NCBI GenBank assembly: GCA_044222185.1
Contig: JBGANV010000007.1
Location: 243,022-307,021 of the forward strand
DNA from: Planctomycetota bacterium
Lineage (GTDB): Bacteria > Planctomycetota > GCA-002687715 > CAIWVZ01
Reading direction: 5' to 3'
DNA length: 64,000 bases
Shown: in pieces, positions 27,863-37,600 of the stretch
Position numbering within the stretch: the stretch's first letter is position 1
How the letters are laid out: each line of letters begins with the position of its first letter
The notes under the pieces: model-generated
Told to the model about the DNA's origin: nothing
Database searches by the model: none
Seen by the model: the letters and a program-made list of their open reading frames with translations, nothing else
Translations under genes and position numbers: made by a program

Positions 27863-28909
27863 TTAGAGGTCCTGGAACGTGAGTGCTCCCGCGGTTCCGA
27901 ACACGACCACGGGGATCCACGCGGCGAGGCCCGGGCTCAAGAGTCCGTCGCGCTCGGCGAGCCCATGAATCAGGTTCTCGGCGCCGAAGTAGAGGACGGA
28001 CACGAGCAGGCATACTCCGCATGCCGCGTAGACGTTCTGCTGGTCGCGCTTCAGCACGATCGGCAAGCCGAGCAGCAACAAGACGACGGTCACGAACGGG
28101 TAGGTGACGCGCGTCTGGCGAATGAGCTGCAAGTCCAGCCGATCCGGCATGCGACGAAGCAGGTCCGAGAGCTCGGCCGCGCCCAGGAAGCGCAATCCCC
28201 GGGACTCGATCTCGATGTCGAACGGACGCAGGTTCGTCCCTCCCGGGAGCGACAGCGAGCCGCGCACGGGGCTTTGCGGATACCAACCTGGCCCCTGCGC
28301 TCCGTCATCTCGGTACTGCAACGTCTCCACGTCCGTGATGTCGTTGAGGTCGTCGGAGCGGAACTCCACGTCGTGGGCGGTTCGACTCGACGGCTCGTAA
28401 CTCCGGATGGAGATGCGCAGGCCGCGATCGTCCCGAACGAGGAACGGCCCATCCATGACGTCTTCCGTCTTGCCGCGCACCAGGCGATCCATCTGGTGGG
28501 CTTGGACGGAGATCCGTGGCAGGACCTCGGTGCGGATGAGCGTCAGGCCGAGTGACACGAGTGCGCCGCAGGCGAGGATCGGCAGCATGATGCGGTGGAG
28601 CGAGACTCCGGCCACCTGCGCCGCGGTGATCTCCACGTCCTTCGTCATCCGCTGGACGGTCCACATCCCGGCCAGGAGCGCGCCGAACGGCCCGAGCTTC
28701 GTGAGGATGAACGGCATCATCAGCGCATAGAACCGGCAGAGTCCCGTGAACAGGTTCATGCCGCGTTGAGAGAGCACGCGCGACGCATCGCCCAGCTCGC
28801 CCAGGTGCGCGAACAGATGCACGGACATGTAGACGCACAGGAGGAAGCAGTACGCGACCCCGATCGACACGATGAAATGCCGGGCGATGTAGCGGTCGAG
28901 GATCTTCAC
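27863..28909 (-). CDS. lptG: LptF/LptG-family LPS export permease
   Basis: KILDRYIAR, EITAAQVAGVSL, AAWIP. The GTG start overlaps the upstream TGA. Confidence 0.85.
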   Translation of the reverse strand: MKILDRYIARHFIVSIGVAYCFLLCVYMSVHLFAHLGELGDASRVLSQRGMNLFTGLCRFYALMMPFILTKLGPFGALLAGMWTVQRMTKDVEITAAQVAGVSLHRIMLPILACGALVSLGLTLIRTEVLPRISVQAHQMDRLVRGKTEDVMDGPFLVRDDRGLRISIRSYEPSSRTAHDVEFRSDDLNDITDVETLQYRDDGAQGPGWYPQSPVRGSLSLPGGTNLRPFDIEIESRGLRFLGAAELSDLLRRMPDRLDLQLIRQTRVTYPFVTVVLLLLGLPIVLKRDQQNVYAACGVCLLVSVLYFGAENLIHGLAERDGLLSPGLAAWIPVVVFGTAGALTFQDL

Positions 28910-29988
28910 GTGCGAAACGCCTTCCGCAGCACCGACGCAGCGACGATGGTCAGGAGGATGTTGGGAATCTGGAGCGAGATCCATGCGGGGATCGCGCCCT
29001 TCTCGGCGAAGTTCTTGAACATCGCCAGGAGCGGCCAATAGCACAGGGCGACGATCAAGAGCCCGGTGAGGAACACCAGGGCCCGGTTGCGCAATCGCAG
29101 CGTCACCCCGAGCGGAGCCCCGAGCAGCCCGAAAAGGAGCGGCGAGATCGACATCGCCAGGCGAAAGTTGTACTCCGCCAGCGCCCGATGTCGTCGGTTG
29201 GCGCGATCCGTCAGGTGCGCATCGGTGAGGAGATTCTCATAGGAGAGGTCCTCCACGGCGCGGCGTGGGGGCGTTGCGGCCAGGATGCGCAGGTCGACGG
29301 GAACCGCGAGCCGATCGACGGAGCTGAAGTGGCCGTTCTCGTGCCGCGTCACCTCCTCGAGTTCGAGGACCATGCGTGGACTGTCGGGATCGACGACGGG
29401 CCGGGCGTGCGACGCGCGCGTCCAGCTGATCGGCTTGCCCTTGCGGTATTGCACGTACTCGATCTCGCGCAGGATCATGTTGCCGTCACGGTCCGACGCC
29501 ACGCTCCGCCACGTGAAGATGAAGTTGCCGAAGTTGATCTGGCGATCGTTGCGCTTCAACAGTTGGGCCGCGTTCGAGAGGACCGACTCGTCGACGCGAC
29601 GTGACAGATAATGCGCTTCGGGCATCAACCGATCCTGGCAGGCCGCGAGCAGAAGTCCCACGACCGCGCCGACGAGCACCCCCGGGACGAGCGGCTGCCA
29701 TGGATGCACCCCGCCCGTCGTGGCCGCGGCGATCTCTCCGTCCTGCGACGCCCGTCCGTAGGTGAAGATGCACGTGGTGAGGACGGTCAGCGGCAGCGTG
29801 AGGTACGACGTGTACGCCAGGAGCAGCGACACGTATCGCAGCACGGCGATCATCGGCATGTTCTCGTAGTTCGCCTTGTCGACCTGGAGCGACACCGCGC
29901 CCAGGAAGAAGATCGAGAACACCGTGATGAGGCTCACGACGGCGTTGAGCAGCAACTCGCGGAGAAGATAGCGGTGGATGAGCTTCAA
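28906..29988 (-). CDS. lptF: LptF/LptG-family LPS export permease
   Basis: LIHRYLLREL, YGRASQDGEI, LLGAPLG and IPNIL. Confidence 0.85.
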   Translation of the reverse strand: MKLIHRYLLRELLLNAVVSLITVFSIFFLGAVSLQVDKANYENMPMIAVLRYVSLLLAYTSYLTLPLTVLTTCIFTYGRASQDGEIAAATTGGVHPWQPLVPGVLVGAVVGLLLAACQDRLMPEAHYLSRRVDESVLSNAAQLLKRNDRQINFGNFIFTWRSVASDRDGNMILREIEYVQYRKGKPISWTRASHARPVVDPDSPRMVLELEEVTRHENGHFSSVDRLAVPVDLRILAATPPRRAVEDLSYENLLTDAHLTDRANRRHRALAEYNFRLAMSISPLLFGLLGAPLGVTLRLRNRALVFLTGLLIVALCYWPLLAMFKNFAEKGAIPAWISLQIPNILLTIVAASVLRKAFRT

Positions 29989-30060
29989 TGTGGGAACGCC
30001 GGCCGGGCGCAGCGACGGTAACCGCCGTCGTCGCTGCGGACGACCCGAGCGAGATCTGCC

Positions 30061-32112
30061 TCAGGGAGTGATCGCGACGGTCGAGCGACCGCGTTTGGGT
30101 TGGTCCGAGTCGAGGACCGTGGCGTTGTCGGACTCCGTCGTGCCGGCGCGCCGACGCGTGCGGACCGCGAACGTGAGCCCATCCCTGCGCGGGTCCTCGG
30201 AGCGCGCCGCGGTCGAGATCACGAGGACGGAGCCCGCGGGCGGGGGCACCAGGTCCTCCGAGTTCCCGTCGAGGCGCGTCGAGCCGCGAAACAGGACGAC
30301 CGAGGCCTGCTGTCCGGGCGTGGCCCGAGCGTCACATTCCCAGAACGACTCCATCGCCACGACGTCCCCGGGATGCGTGGAAGTCCTGACACCCACGAGC
30401 CGCCATCCGTTGTCCCAGGAGACCTTCACCCGACGCACGGAAGGCTCGTCCACCACGCGCCGTGGTTGGATGGCCAGTTGCTCCCACGGACGCCAGATGG
30501 CGACGAGCGACACCTTCGACACCGGCGTCACGGCGTCCTCGGACAGGACCGCGTGGGGGATTCGGAGCGCAGTCAGCGCAGCGACCGCGGTCTGGAGCGC
30601 GAAGCGCCGCTCATCCAGGATGAGGTAATCGACGTCCGCGAGTGCCGCGAGGACCTTCGCCGGGTCGACACCACGTACGTCGGGCAAGGTCCGCCAATCG
30701 AGACGCCGGCCCTCGCGCATGGCGGCGAACTCGACGTTCGGCTGAAACACGTACGGGTGCGGGTCGGTGCGACTGGATTCTGCGACGTGCGGCACGGGGC
30801 GTCGCGCCGTCGCGAGGATCTTGTGGGCGTATTCGGCGACGGGCCAGGCCTCCGGCACCCTCGTTCCGCGGCCTCCGACCTCACGGGCGAATTCGCCGAC
30901 CCAGATGTCGAGCTCGGGGATCAACGCGAGGTCGCCGATCCGCCCCAGCGGCCGGTCATCCTCGAGGGGCCGGTAGATCATCACGGCGTTGACGATCGCC
31001 GTGGCCAGGAGCGCGCCGATCACCGAGCGGCGCGCGGCGGATGGCCGCATCGCTGCCACGGCGCAGCCGAGGAGGGTCATGGCGAGGGGGGCCAGGTTCA
31101 CCACGTAGGCGCTCTTGGCCGCGACCTGCCCGAGCGTCAGCACGACGTCGATCGACACCACGGTCGTGACGAACAGTCCCGCGTTCGCCGCCGATCCGCC
31201 GCGGCGCAGCCTCCAGACCAAGGCCGCCATCACCGCGGCCGAGAGGATGAACCCCAGCCCGGACTGAGCGAAATGCATGGGGTAGTAGGCCCATCGCTCG
31301 AAGGAATCGAACGACACCCCCTTCGAGAACTGGGTCTGGCCCTCGGCTCCGACGACCTGCGAGGCGTAGGCCATCGCCTTGCCGAAGTGCGCGAGGTACC
31401 AGGGCGAGACGACGGCTCCCGCGGCGAGCAGGCCGATGAGCGCATTGCGCAGCACCGCTGACCTCGACGGAGCCGTGCGCAGCCCGATCACGAGCGCGGC
31501 GATGGTCGCGCCGCCGAGATAGATCGGGGCGATCTGCTTGGCCAGCGTCGCGAGTCCCGCCAGCAGCCCGAACGCCAGCGTCCACGTGAACGACGCGAGG
31601 AACCGGGACCGGACGAGGGCATCCAGCGCCCACACGACGAGGGCTGCCATGGGGGCGTGCGGGTAGAACGCGCGGAACGTGAGGGCCGCGACGGGGCAGC
31701 ACGCCGTCAGCGCCGCGACGCCGACCGCGGGGCCGCCTTGGAGGAAGTTGCGCGCGAATCGGAACGTCCCGACCACGAACAACCCGCTGAAGAGGGCCAG
31801 GGTCACCGCGATCGATTCGGGCGTCACGTCGCCAAAGGGCAGCGCGCACAGCGCGGCCGTCATGTGCATCAGGGGCGGATGCGCGTGGTCGTGGGCCAGT
31901 CCCGCGCGGATCCAGCCGCCGACCCCGTCCGTCGCCAGGGCGTCGAAAATCGGAGCGGTGTTCAACCGGTGCCACGCCGCATCCGTCGTCAGCGGGCGCT
32001 CGAAGAACCCGTTCGTGCGCATCCACCAAAGCTGGATGCCCACGTGGGCGAAGACGAGCAGTCCGAGCAACCCCGCGGTGCGGCGGGCGGATGCGGCGGA
32101 CGTCCCGATCAC
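30061..32112 (-). CDS. ArnT/PMT (GT-C) family polyprenyl-phosphate-sugar transferase
   Basis: Multi-pass membrane protein with TTDAAWH, HPPL, GLATLAKQ and PWY, plus a periplasmic C-terminus. Probable GTG start overlaps the GT2 stop (GTGA). Confidence 0.78.
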   Translation of the reverse strand: MIGTSAASARRTAGLLGLLVFAHVGIQLWWMRTNGFFERPLTTDAAWHRLNTAPIFDALATDGVGGWIRAGLAHDHAHPPLMHMTAALCALPFGDVTPESIAVTLALFSGLFVVGTFRFARNFLQGGPAVGVAALTACCPVAALTFRAFYPHAPMAALVVWALDALVRSRFLASFTWTLAFGLLAGLATLAKQIAPIYLGGATIAALVIGLRTAPSRSAVLRNALIGLLAAGAVVSPWYLAHFGKAMAYASQVVGAEGQTQFSKGVSFDSFERWAYYPMHFAQSGLGFILSAAVMAALVWRLRRGGSAANAGLFVTTVVSIDVVLTLGQVAAKSAYVVNLAPLAMTLLGCAVAAMRPSAARRSVIGALLATAIVNAVMIYRPLEDDRPLGRIGDLALIPELDIWVGEFAREVGGRGTRVPEAWPVAEYAHKILATARRPVPHVAESSRTDPHPYVFQPNVEFAAMREGRRLDWRTLPDVRGVDPAKVLAALADVDYLILDERRFALQTAVAALTALRIPHAVLSEDAVTPVSKVSLVAIWRPWEQLAIQPRRVVDEPSVRRVKVSWDNGWRLVGVRTSTHPGDVVAMESFWECDARATPGQQASVVLFRGSTRLDGNSEDLVPPPAGSVLVISTAARSEDPRRDGLTFAVRTRRRAGTTESDNATVLDSDQPKRGRSTVAITP

Positions 32113-32921
32113 CGCGCTTGGGGTTCCCGGACTTCGGTGTCGATCAGGTCGATGGGTTGGAACTCGGGGTTCCAATACTGCTGCGCCGCGATCGCAGCGA
32201 CGGCTGGCGTGTCGTACTCACCGCGACCGTAGCGAAGCCGGATCTTCACCAGGCTCCAGAACATGTCCCACGCGTGGGCCACGCGCACCGTGCTCGCCCC
32301 CTGGTTCTGGAGACGGACTGGGATCCGTTTGATCTCCAGCTTGTTCTTCATGCTCACGTAGAGCAGCTCCACGTCGCCTGCGAAACCCTTCTCCTTGATC
32401 ACGTCGAAGAGCGCATCGGCCACGTCACCGCGGAACGCTTTCAAGCCGCACTGCGTGTCCTCGAGGTCGCCGGTGACGATGTGTCGGACGAATTGCGTGA
32501 AGAGCCATGTTGCGGCGTAGCGGACGGCGCCGAGCTTGCTGCGGTAGACGCTCTCCTTCATGGTCCGGTCACCGATCACCACGTGGATGCCGCGCCGGTT
32601 CACGAGCCAGCAGATGTATGGGATCGCCGTCAGCTCGAACGGGACGTCGGCGTCCGTGAACATGCGACAGCGCCCCCGGGCGTGCCGCATGCCGGCGGTG
32701 ATCGCCCCGAACTTCCCCTGATGTGGGACGCCGAGGATCGGCCGGTAGCGGGGAAGGCTCAGCGAGCTCAGGACCGCGGCAGTGTCGTCGTCGGATCCGT
32801 CATCGACGGCGAGGATCTCGTAGCTGAGATCCGTCGTCGCGAGGTACGACGAAAGGTAGGTGAGGCGGTCCGCGATGAACCGCCCACCCCGATACACCGG
32901 GATGACGATCGATAGTTCCAT
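32109..32921 (-). CDS. GT2 polyprenol-phosphate glycosyltransferase (DPM/DPG-synthase-like)
   Basis: LSIVIPVY, VDDGSDD, GKFGA, FTDAD, DTQCGLKAF and FAGDVELL. Confidence 0.9.
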   Translation of the reverse strand: MELSIVIPVYRGGRFIADRLTYLSSYLATTDLSYEILAVDDGSDDDTAAVLSSLSLPRYRPILGVPHQGKFGAITAGMRHARGRCRMFTDADVPFELTAIPYICWLVNRRGIHVVIGDRTMKESVYRSKLGAVRYAATWLFTQFVRHIVTGDLEDTQCGLKAFRGDVADALFDVIKEKGFAGDVELLYVSMKNKLEIKRIPVRLQNQGASTVRVAHAWDMFWSLVKIRLRYGRGEYDTPAVAAIAAQQYWNPEFQPIDLIDTEVREPQAR

Positions 32922-33163
32922 GGCACAGGCAGGGGAATGCCTTCGCTCACAAGTTGGGCCTGGAGTCTATCGTCCAGCCGATCTCCGTGCCAATGACGCG
33001 GCATTGAGCGGAACCTGACGTCCCGTGGGAGATCGCGCGCAGGTTTTTTCGAGACTCCCGCGACCGTCGGGCGCGCCGCACCACCGTGGGATTCGGCGGG
33101 TAGTGTTGTAGAGTCCGCGCCCGCTGCGGGATCCGCACCGTGAACCCCACCACATCCCACGCC

Positions 33164-33994
33164 ATGAAACTCGTCGTCCACGCGGACGATCTCGGACTGA
33201 ACTCCGTCGTGAACCGGGGGATTCTCCGGGGGCACCGCGAGGGAATCGTCTCGTCGACGTCGTTCCTGGCGAACTTCCCCACGAGTCCTGAGGGCGCGGA
33301 GATGGCCCGGGCCACGCCGACGCTGGAGGTGGGGCTCCATCTGAACTTCACCGAGGGCGTTCCATTGACGGCCGGGCGCTCGCTCGTGGGCGCCGATGGG
33401 CAGTTCCGCCGCCGGACGGCTCAGATGATCGCCCTGATCTTCGGGCGGCTGAATGAGGCTGAGGTCGTCGCCGAGGGAGAAGCTCAGTTTGCCCGAGCAC
33501 GTGCGCTGGGACTTTCCCTGACCCACGTCGATGGCCACGAGCACATCCACCTGTTCGGCGTGGTCCGGAAGTTCGCCGCTGCTCTCGCGCGTCGCGAAGG
33601 CCTCGTATTGCGTCGGCCTCAGGAACCGGGATTGCGGGGCCTGGACGGCAACGGGACCTACTTCGTGCGTCGCTCGATCCTGAACCTGCTCTCGAGCGGG
33701 AGCACCTGGAGCGGGCTCCCCCACGCGACGACGATGGTCGACCTCACGGGACCGTGCCGCGGCCGTTCCGCCGACTGGGTGCTCGCCCGCCTCGCCGGCG
33801 AGTCCGGCGTCGTCGAAATGATGTGTCACCCGGGAGAGGCTGGGGGGCCCGCCCACGACCCGCTCCGCGTCCGGCGAGCGGAGGAACTCGCGATACTCAC
33901 CACTCCCGGCATGCGCGAGCGGCTCACCGCTGCTGGAATCGAACTCACGACGCTGCGCGCGTCGCTGCTCTCCGATCGAAGGACATCCGCATGA
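33164..33994 (+). CDS. ChbG/HpnK/YdjC-family carbohydrate deacetylase
   Basis: VHADDLGL, VGLHLN, HVDGHEHIH, EMMCHPG and R..EL. Confidence 0.9.
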   Translation: MKLVVHADDLGLNSVVNRGILRGHREGIVSSTSFLANFPTSPEGAEMARATPTLEVGLHLNFTEGVPLTAGRSLVGADGQFRRRTAQMIALIFGRLNEAEVVAEGEAQFARARALGLSLTHVDGHEHIHLFGVVRKFAAALARREGLVLRRPQEPGLRGLDGNGTYFVRRSILNLLSSGSTWSGLPHATTMVDLTGPCRGRSADWVLARLAGESGVVEMMCHPGEAGGPAHDPLRVRRAEELAILTTPGMRERLTAAGIELTTLRASLLSDRRTSA

Positions 33995-34635
33995 GTCACC
34001 CGGCCCTGGTGCGCGCCGTCCGCCAATTCGAGAACGCGTCGCCGGACGTGCGCCGTCACGTGAAGATCCGCAACGCGCTCTCGCGGCTCGAAGCCGTAGA
34101 GGAGCATGTCGCGAAGTCCGGTGACGTACTCGAAATCGGGTGCGGGCACGGCCTCTTCTCCTACTTCCTCGCATTTGCGTCGCCCGATCGGCGCGTGCTC
34201 GGCGTCGACATTGATCCCCGCAAGATCGAGGCTGCCAAGGCCGTCGTCGACGGTGTGCCGAACGTCCGCTTCGAGATGGGCGATGCGTTGAAGCCGCCGG
34301 CAGGCCCCTTCGACGGAGCCGTCGTCGTCGACGTGCTCTATCTCCTCGATGAAGCGGGACAGGCCGCGGCCGTTGCCGCCACGCGCAAGGTGATGAAGCC
34401 GGGTGCCTGGTTCGTGTGGAAGTCGCAGGAAAACAAGCCGGCGTGGAAGTACGCACTCACCAAGGGCCAGGAGTGGCTCGCCACGCGCCTCGGCCTCACG
34501 GCCGGCAGCTCGCTCACGTTCCTCTCACGCGAGCGGGCCACCGACATCATGAAGGCCGCAGGCTTCCAGGAGATCCGCGCCATTCCCATGACCGGACGCC
34601 TGTACACCGACGTCACCTACCTCGCCCGGGCGTAG
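33991..34635 (+). CDS. Class I SAM-dependent methyltransferase
   Basis: VLEIGCGHG, GVDID and DVLYLL. ATGA overlap with the deacetylase stop. Confidence 0.88.
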   Translation: MSHPALVRAVRQFENASPDVRRHVKIRNALSRLEAVEEHVAKSGDVLEIGCGHGLFSYFLAFASPDRRVLGVDIDPRKIEAAKAVVDGVPNVRFEMGDALKPPAGPFDGAVVVDVLYLLDEAGQAAAVAATRKVMKPGAWFVWKSQENKPAWKYALTKGQEWLATRLGLTAGSSLTFLSRERATDIMKAAGFQEIRAIPMTGRLYTDVTYLARA

Positions 34636-34638
34636 CCA

Positions 34639-37600
34639 TCACAGACTCAGCGGGAATCGCGCCCACGTGAGTCGCACGCCGAGCGGCGACGTGGGGTCGA
34701 GGAACACGCCTTGCAGCGTCACGTCGAGTCCGATGGGTGGATTCGGGCGAGTGAAGATCGGCGGGAGGATGAACTCGCCGCCGTTCGTCAGCGTCGCCCC
34801 GCTCGGCGGCCCAAAGAACCCAAAGCCTTCGACCAGCGGGATGAATGGCGCCCCGGTCCCTACGAGCGGGCCGACGGACAGGACCATGTTCGTCGTCGCA
34901 TCGGGGAACGGAGCGAGCGGCGGGTAATTCCCGGCGTCGGCGTAGAGCGAGAAGAGCCCATCGATGCAGTTCTCGAGCGCGATGCCGAACGTTTCGCCCG
35001 GGGCCGGCACGAGAGGCGTGAGCCGGATGGTGCCTCGGTTCGCCGTCGCCGTCCCGACGGTCAACGCCCAGGCGCTCGACACGGCGAGCGGTGTCGCGGC
35101 GCCGTTCTGGACCGAGAGCGCGATCCCGCCCGGCCGCAACGTGGCCGGCACCCCCGGTCCGAGCGTGCACGTGAGCCGCGACGGATCGACGAAGGTCGTC
35201 GACAACGGCGTGCCGTCCGCGACGACGAAGGACGTGGCGCTGAAGCTCGAGCCCGCGGCGTCGATGGTCAGCGCGATCGCGGGTGATGCGGGCGTCTGGA
35301 TCGGGATCGACGTCGGTGTCACCGCGACGATGCGTGCCCGCACCACCGCGAAAGTGATCGGGGGCGACGTCTGGCTGCCCTGCGAATCGAAGACCGTGAC
35401 GACGTGAGTGCCCGGCGCATCCACGAGGTTGGCTGCGATGGTCGTCGTGAGGGACGCTGGCGTTCCTGGCGATCCCGCGACGAACGTCGTCGGGAGCGGA
35501 GTTCCGTCCCATTGGACGATCGACACGGCCGTGAACGCGGACCCCAACACGGAGAGGGCGAAACCTGAGAGACCGGCTACGACCGATGGCGGCACGAGTG
35601 CGGTCACGACCGGACCGGAAGGCGTCACGACGAACCCCGCAGTGTTGGAGTCGCCCCCACCGGGAGCCGGCGTGTGGATGGTGACGAGTGCCGGTCCGCT
35701 CGAGACGAAGTGGCTGGCGGGGATCGTCGCGGTGAGCGCCGATGCGGAGACGTAGATCGTCGGGAGCGCGACACCGTTCCACTGCACGAGCGATCCGGGG
35801 ACGAACCCTGCGCCGGACACTCCGAGCGCGGTTGCGGCGGAGCCGACCGGCGCGGAGCCCGGTGTGATCGCCGTCAGCACAGGGCTCGGATTCGCCGAAG
35901 TGAAGGTGACCGGCGCCGAGAGGCCGCCGCCGGGACTCGGGTTGAACACCGTCACCTGATGAATCCCCACCCCAGCGAGGGCTGAGGCCGGCGGAACGAA
36001 CGTCAGGACTCCGTTCGCGCCGAACGTGGACGGCACCGTCACCCCGTCGAAACGGACGCTCGCGTTCGGCGAGAGCCCGGTTCCCGCAACCATGACGGTC
36101 GGCGCCGCCGACCCGACCACGGCGCTGTCCGGCGTCAGCGACTCGATCACGGGAGTCGGGAACTCGACGGCGACCGCGAGCGTCGCGGATGTTCCGCCGC
36201 CGGGCCCGGGCGTCGTGACACGGACCGTGGAGCTCGCTGCGGCGGCGTTGATGACCGACTCGTCGAGAGTGGCGACCAGCGTCGCTCCATCCACGTACGT
36301 CGTCGGCAAACTCGTGCTGTTGTTCCACAGCACGGTGGAATTCGGGAGGAAGCCCGTGCCGCCGACCGTCAGACTCCATGCCGACGAATACCGCACGACC
36401 AGGGCCGGGTTGACGGATGCGACGGTGGGGGCCGGCGCGGCGACCGTGACGGGCACGAACGCCGTCTGTCCGCCGCCTGGTGCCGGGTTGAAGACGCTCA
36501 CCAGGCGCGAGCCCTGAGGCGTGAGGCTCGCGGCCGGAATCGTTGCCGTCAGGGTGGTCGCGTTCACGAAGGTCGTGGGAACCGCGGCTCCCTGCCATCG
36601 CACCACCGACGTGTCGAAGAAGCCCGTACCCGTTGCCGTGATGATCGACTGTCCCGCTCCGGCGACGACGCTCGACGGCGAGACTGATGCGAGCGTCGGC
36701 GCCGGGTACAGGACTGCAACGCCGAACGTGCCCTGGTTCGTGCCGCCGCCTGGCGCCGGATTGAACACGGTGATGATGGCGCTTCCCGGCGTTGCCAGGA
36801 GCGCCGCGGGAAGAACGGCCGTGAGCGAAGTCGCGCTGACGTACGTCGTCGCGAGGTCAACTCCATTCCATCGCACGACGCTCGCGGGATAGAAGCCGCC
36901 CAGGCCCGACACGGTGAGGGTCGTCTGCGGAGCCCCCGCCAGGACGGATGCCGGCGAGAGGCTCGTCGGCACGGGAAGCGGGTAGCTGACGGTGAACGTC
37001 GACGGAGTCGACGTACCGCCACCGGGCGTCGGGTTGAAGATCGAGACGGCGACGGCGCCAGGTGTCGTCGTGTTGGCGGCTGCGATGGATGCCGTGAGCG
37101 TCGTCGCGTTGACGAAAGTCGTCGGCATGGCGACGCCGTTCCATCGGACGATCGACGTGGTGACGAAGCCCGATCCGGTCGCTGTGAGCGTGAACGCAGC
37201 CGAGCCCGCGCTGCGCACGGCGGGCGAGAGCGTCTGGAGTGTCGGGGCGGGTGCGGAGACGTCGAACGACATCGGCGCCGACAGGCCGCCGCCGGGGGTC
37301 GGGTTGAGCGCCGTCAGGGCGGCCGTCCCGGGGTTCACCAGGTTCGCCGCGGGGATCGTCGCTGTCAGCGCGGTGGAGCTCACGAACGTCGTAGCGAGAT
37401 CCGTTCCGTTCCAGCGGACGACCGTCGCTGGGAAGAACCCGCCTCCCGTCAGCGTGATGGTCGTCGCCGGGCTTGCCGCGAGCACCGTGGTCGGCGCAAC
37501 CGACGAGAGCGTGGCGACGGGATAGGCAATCGTCAACGTGACCGCCGACGATGTGCCGCCGCCGGGGGTGGGGTTGAGGATCGTGATCTGCGCCGTGCCC

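Noticed and set aside
33164-33994. Hopanoid hpnK assignment
   Set aside because: No hpn or shc genes nearby. The GT2/ArnT/lptFG context fits envelope glycan modification better.
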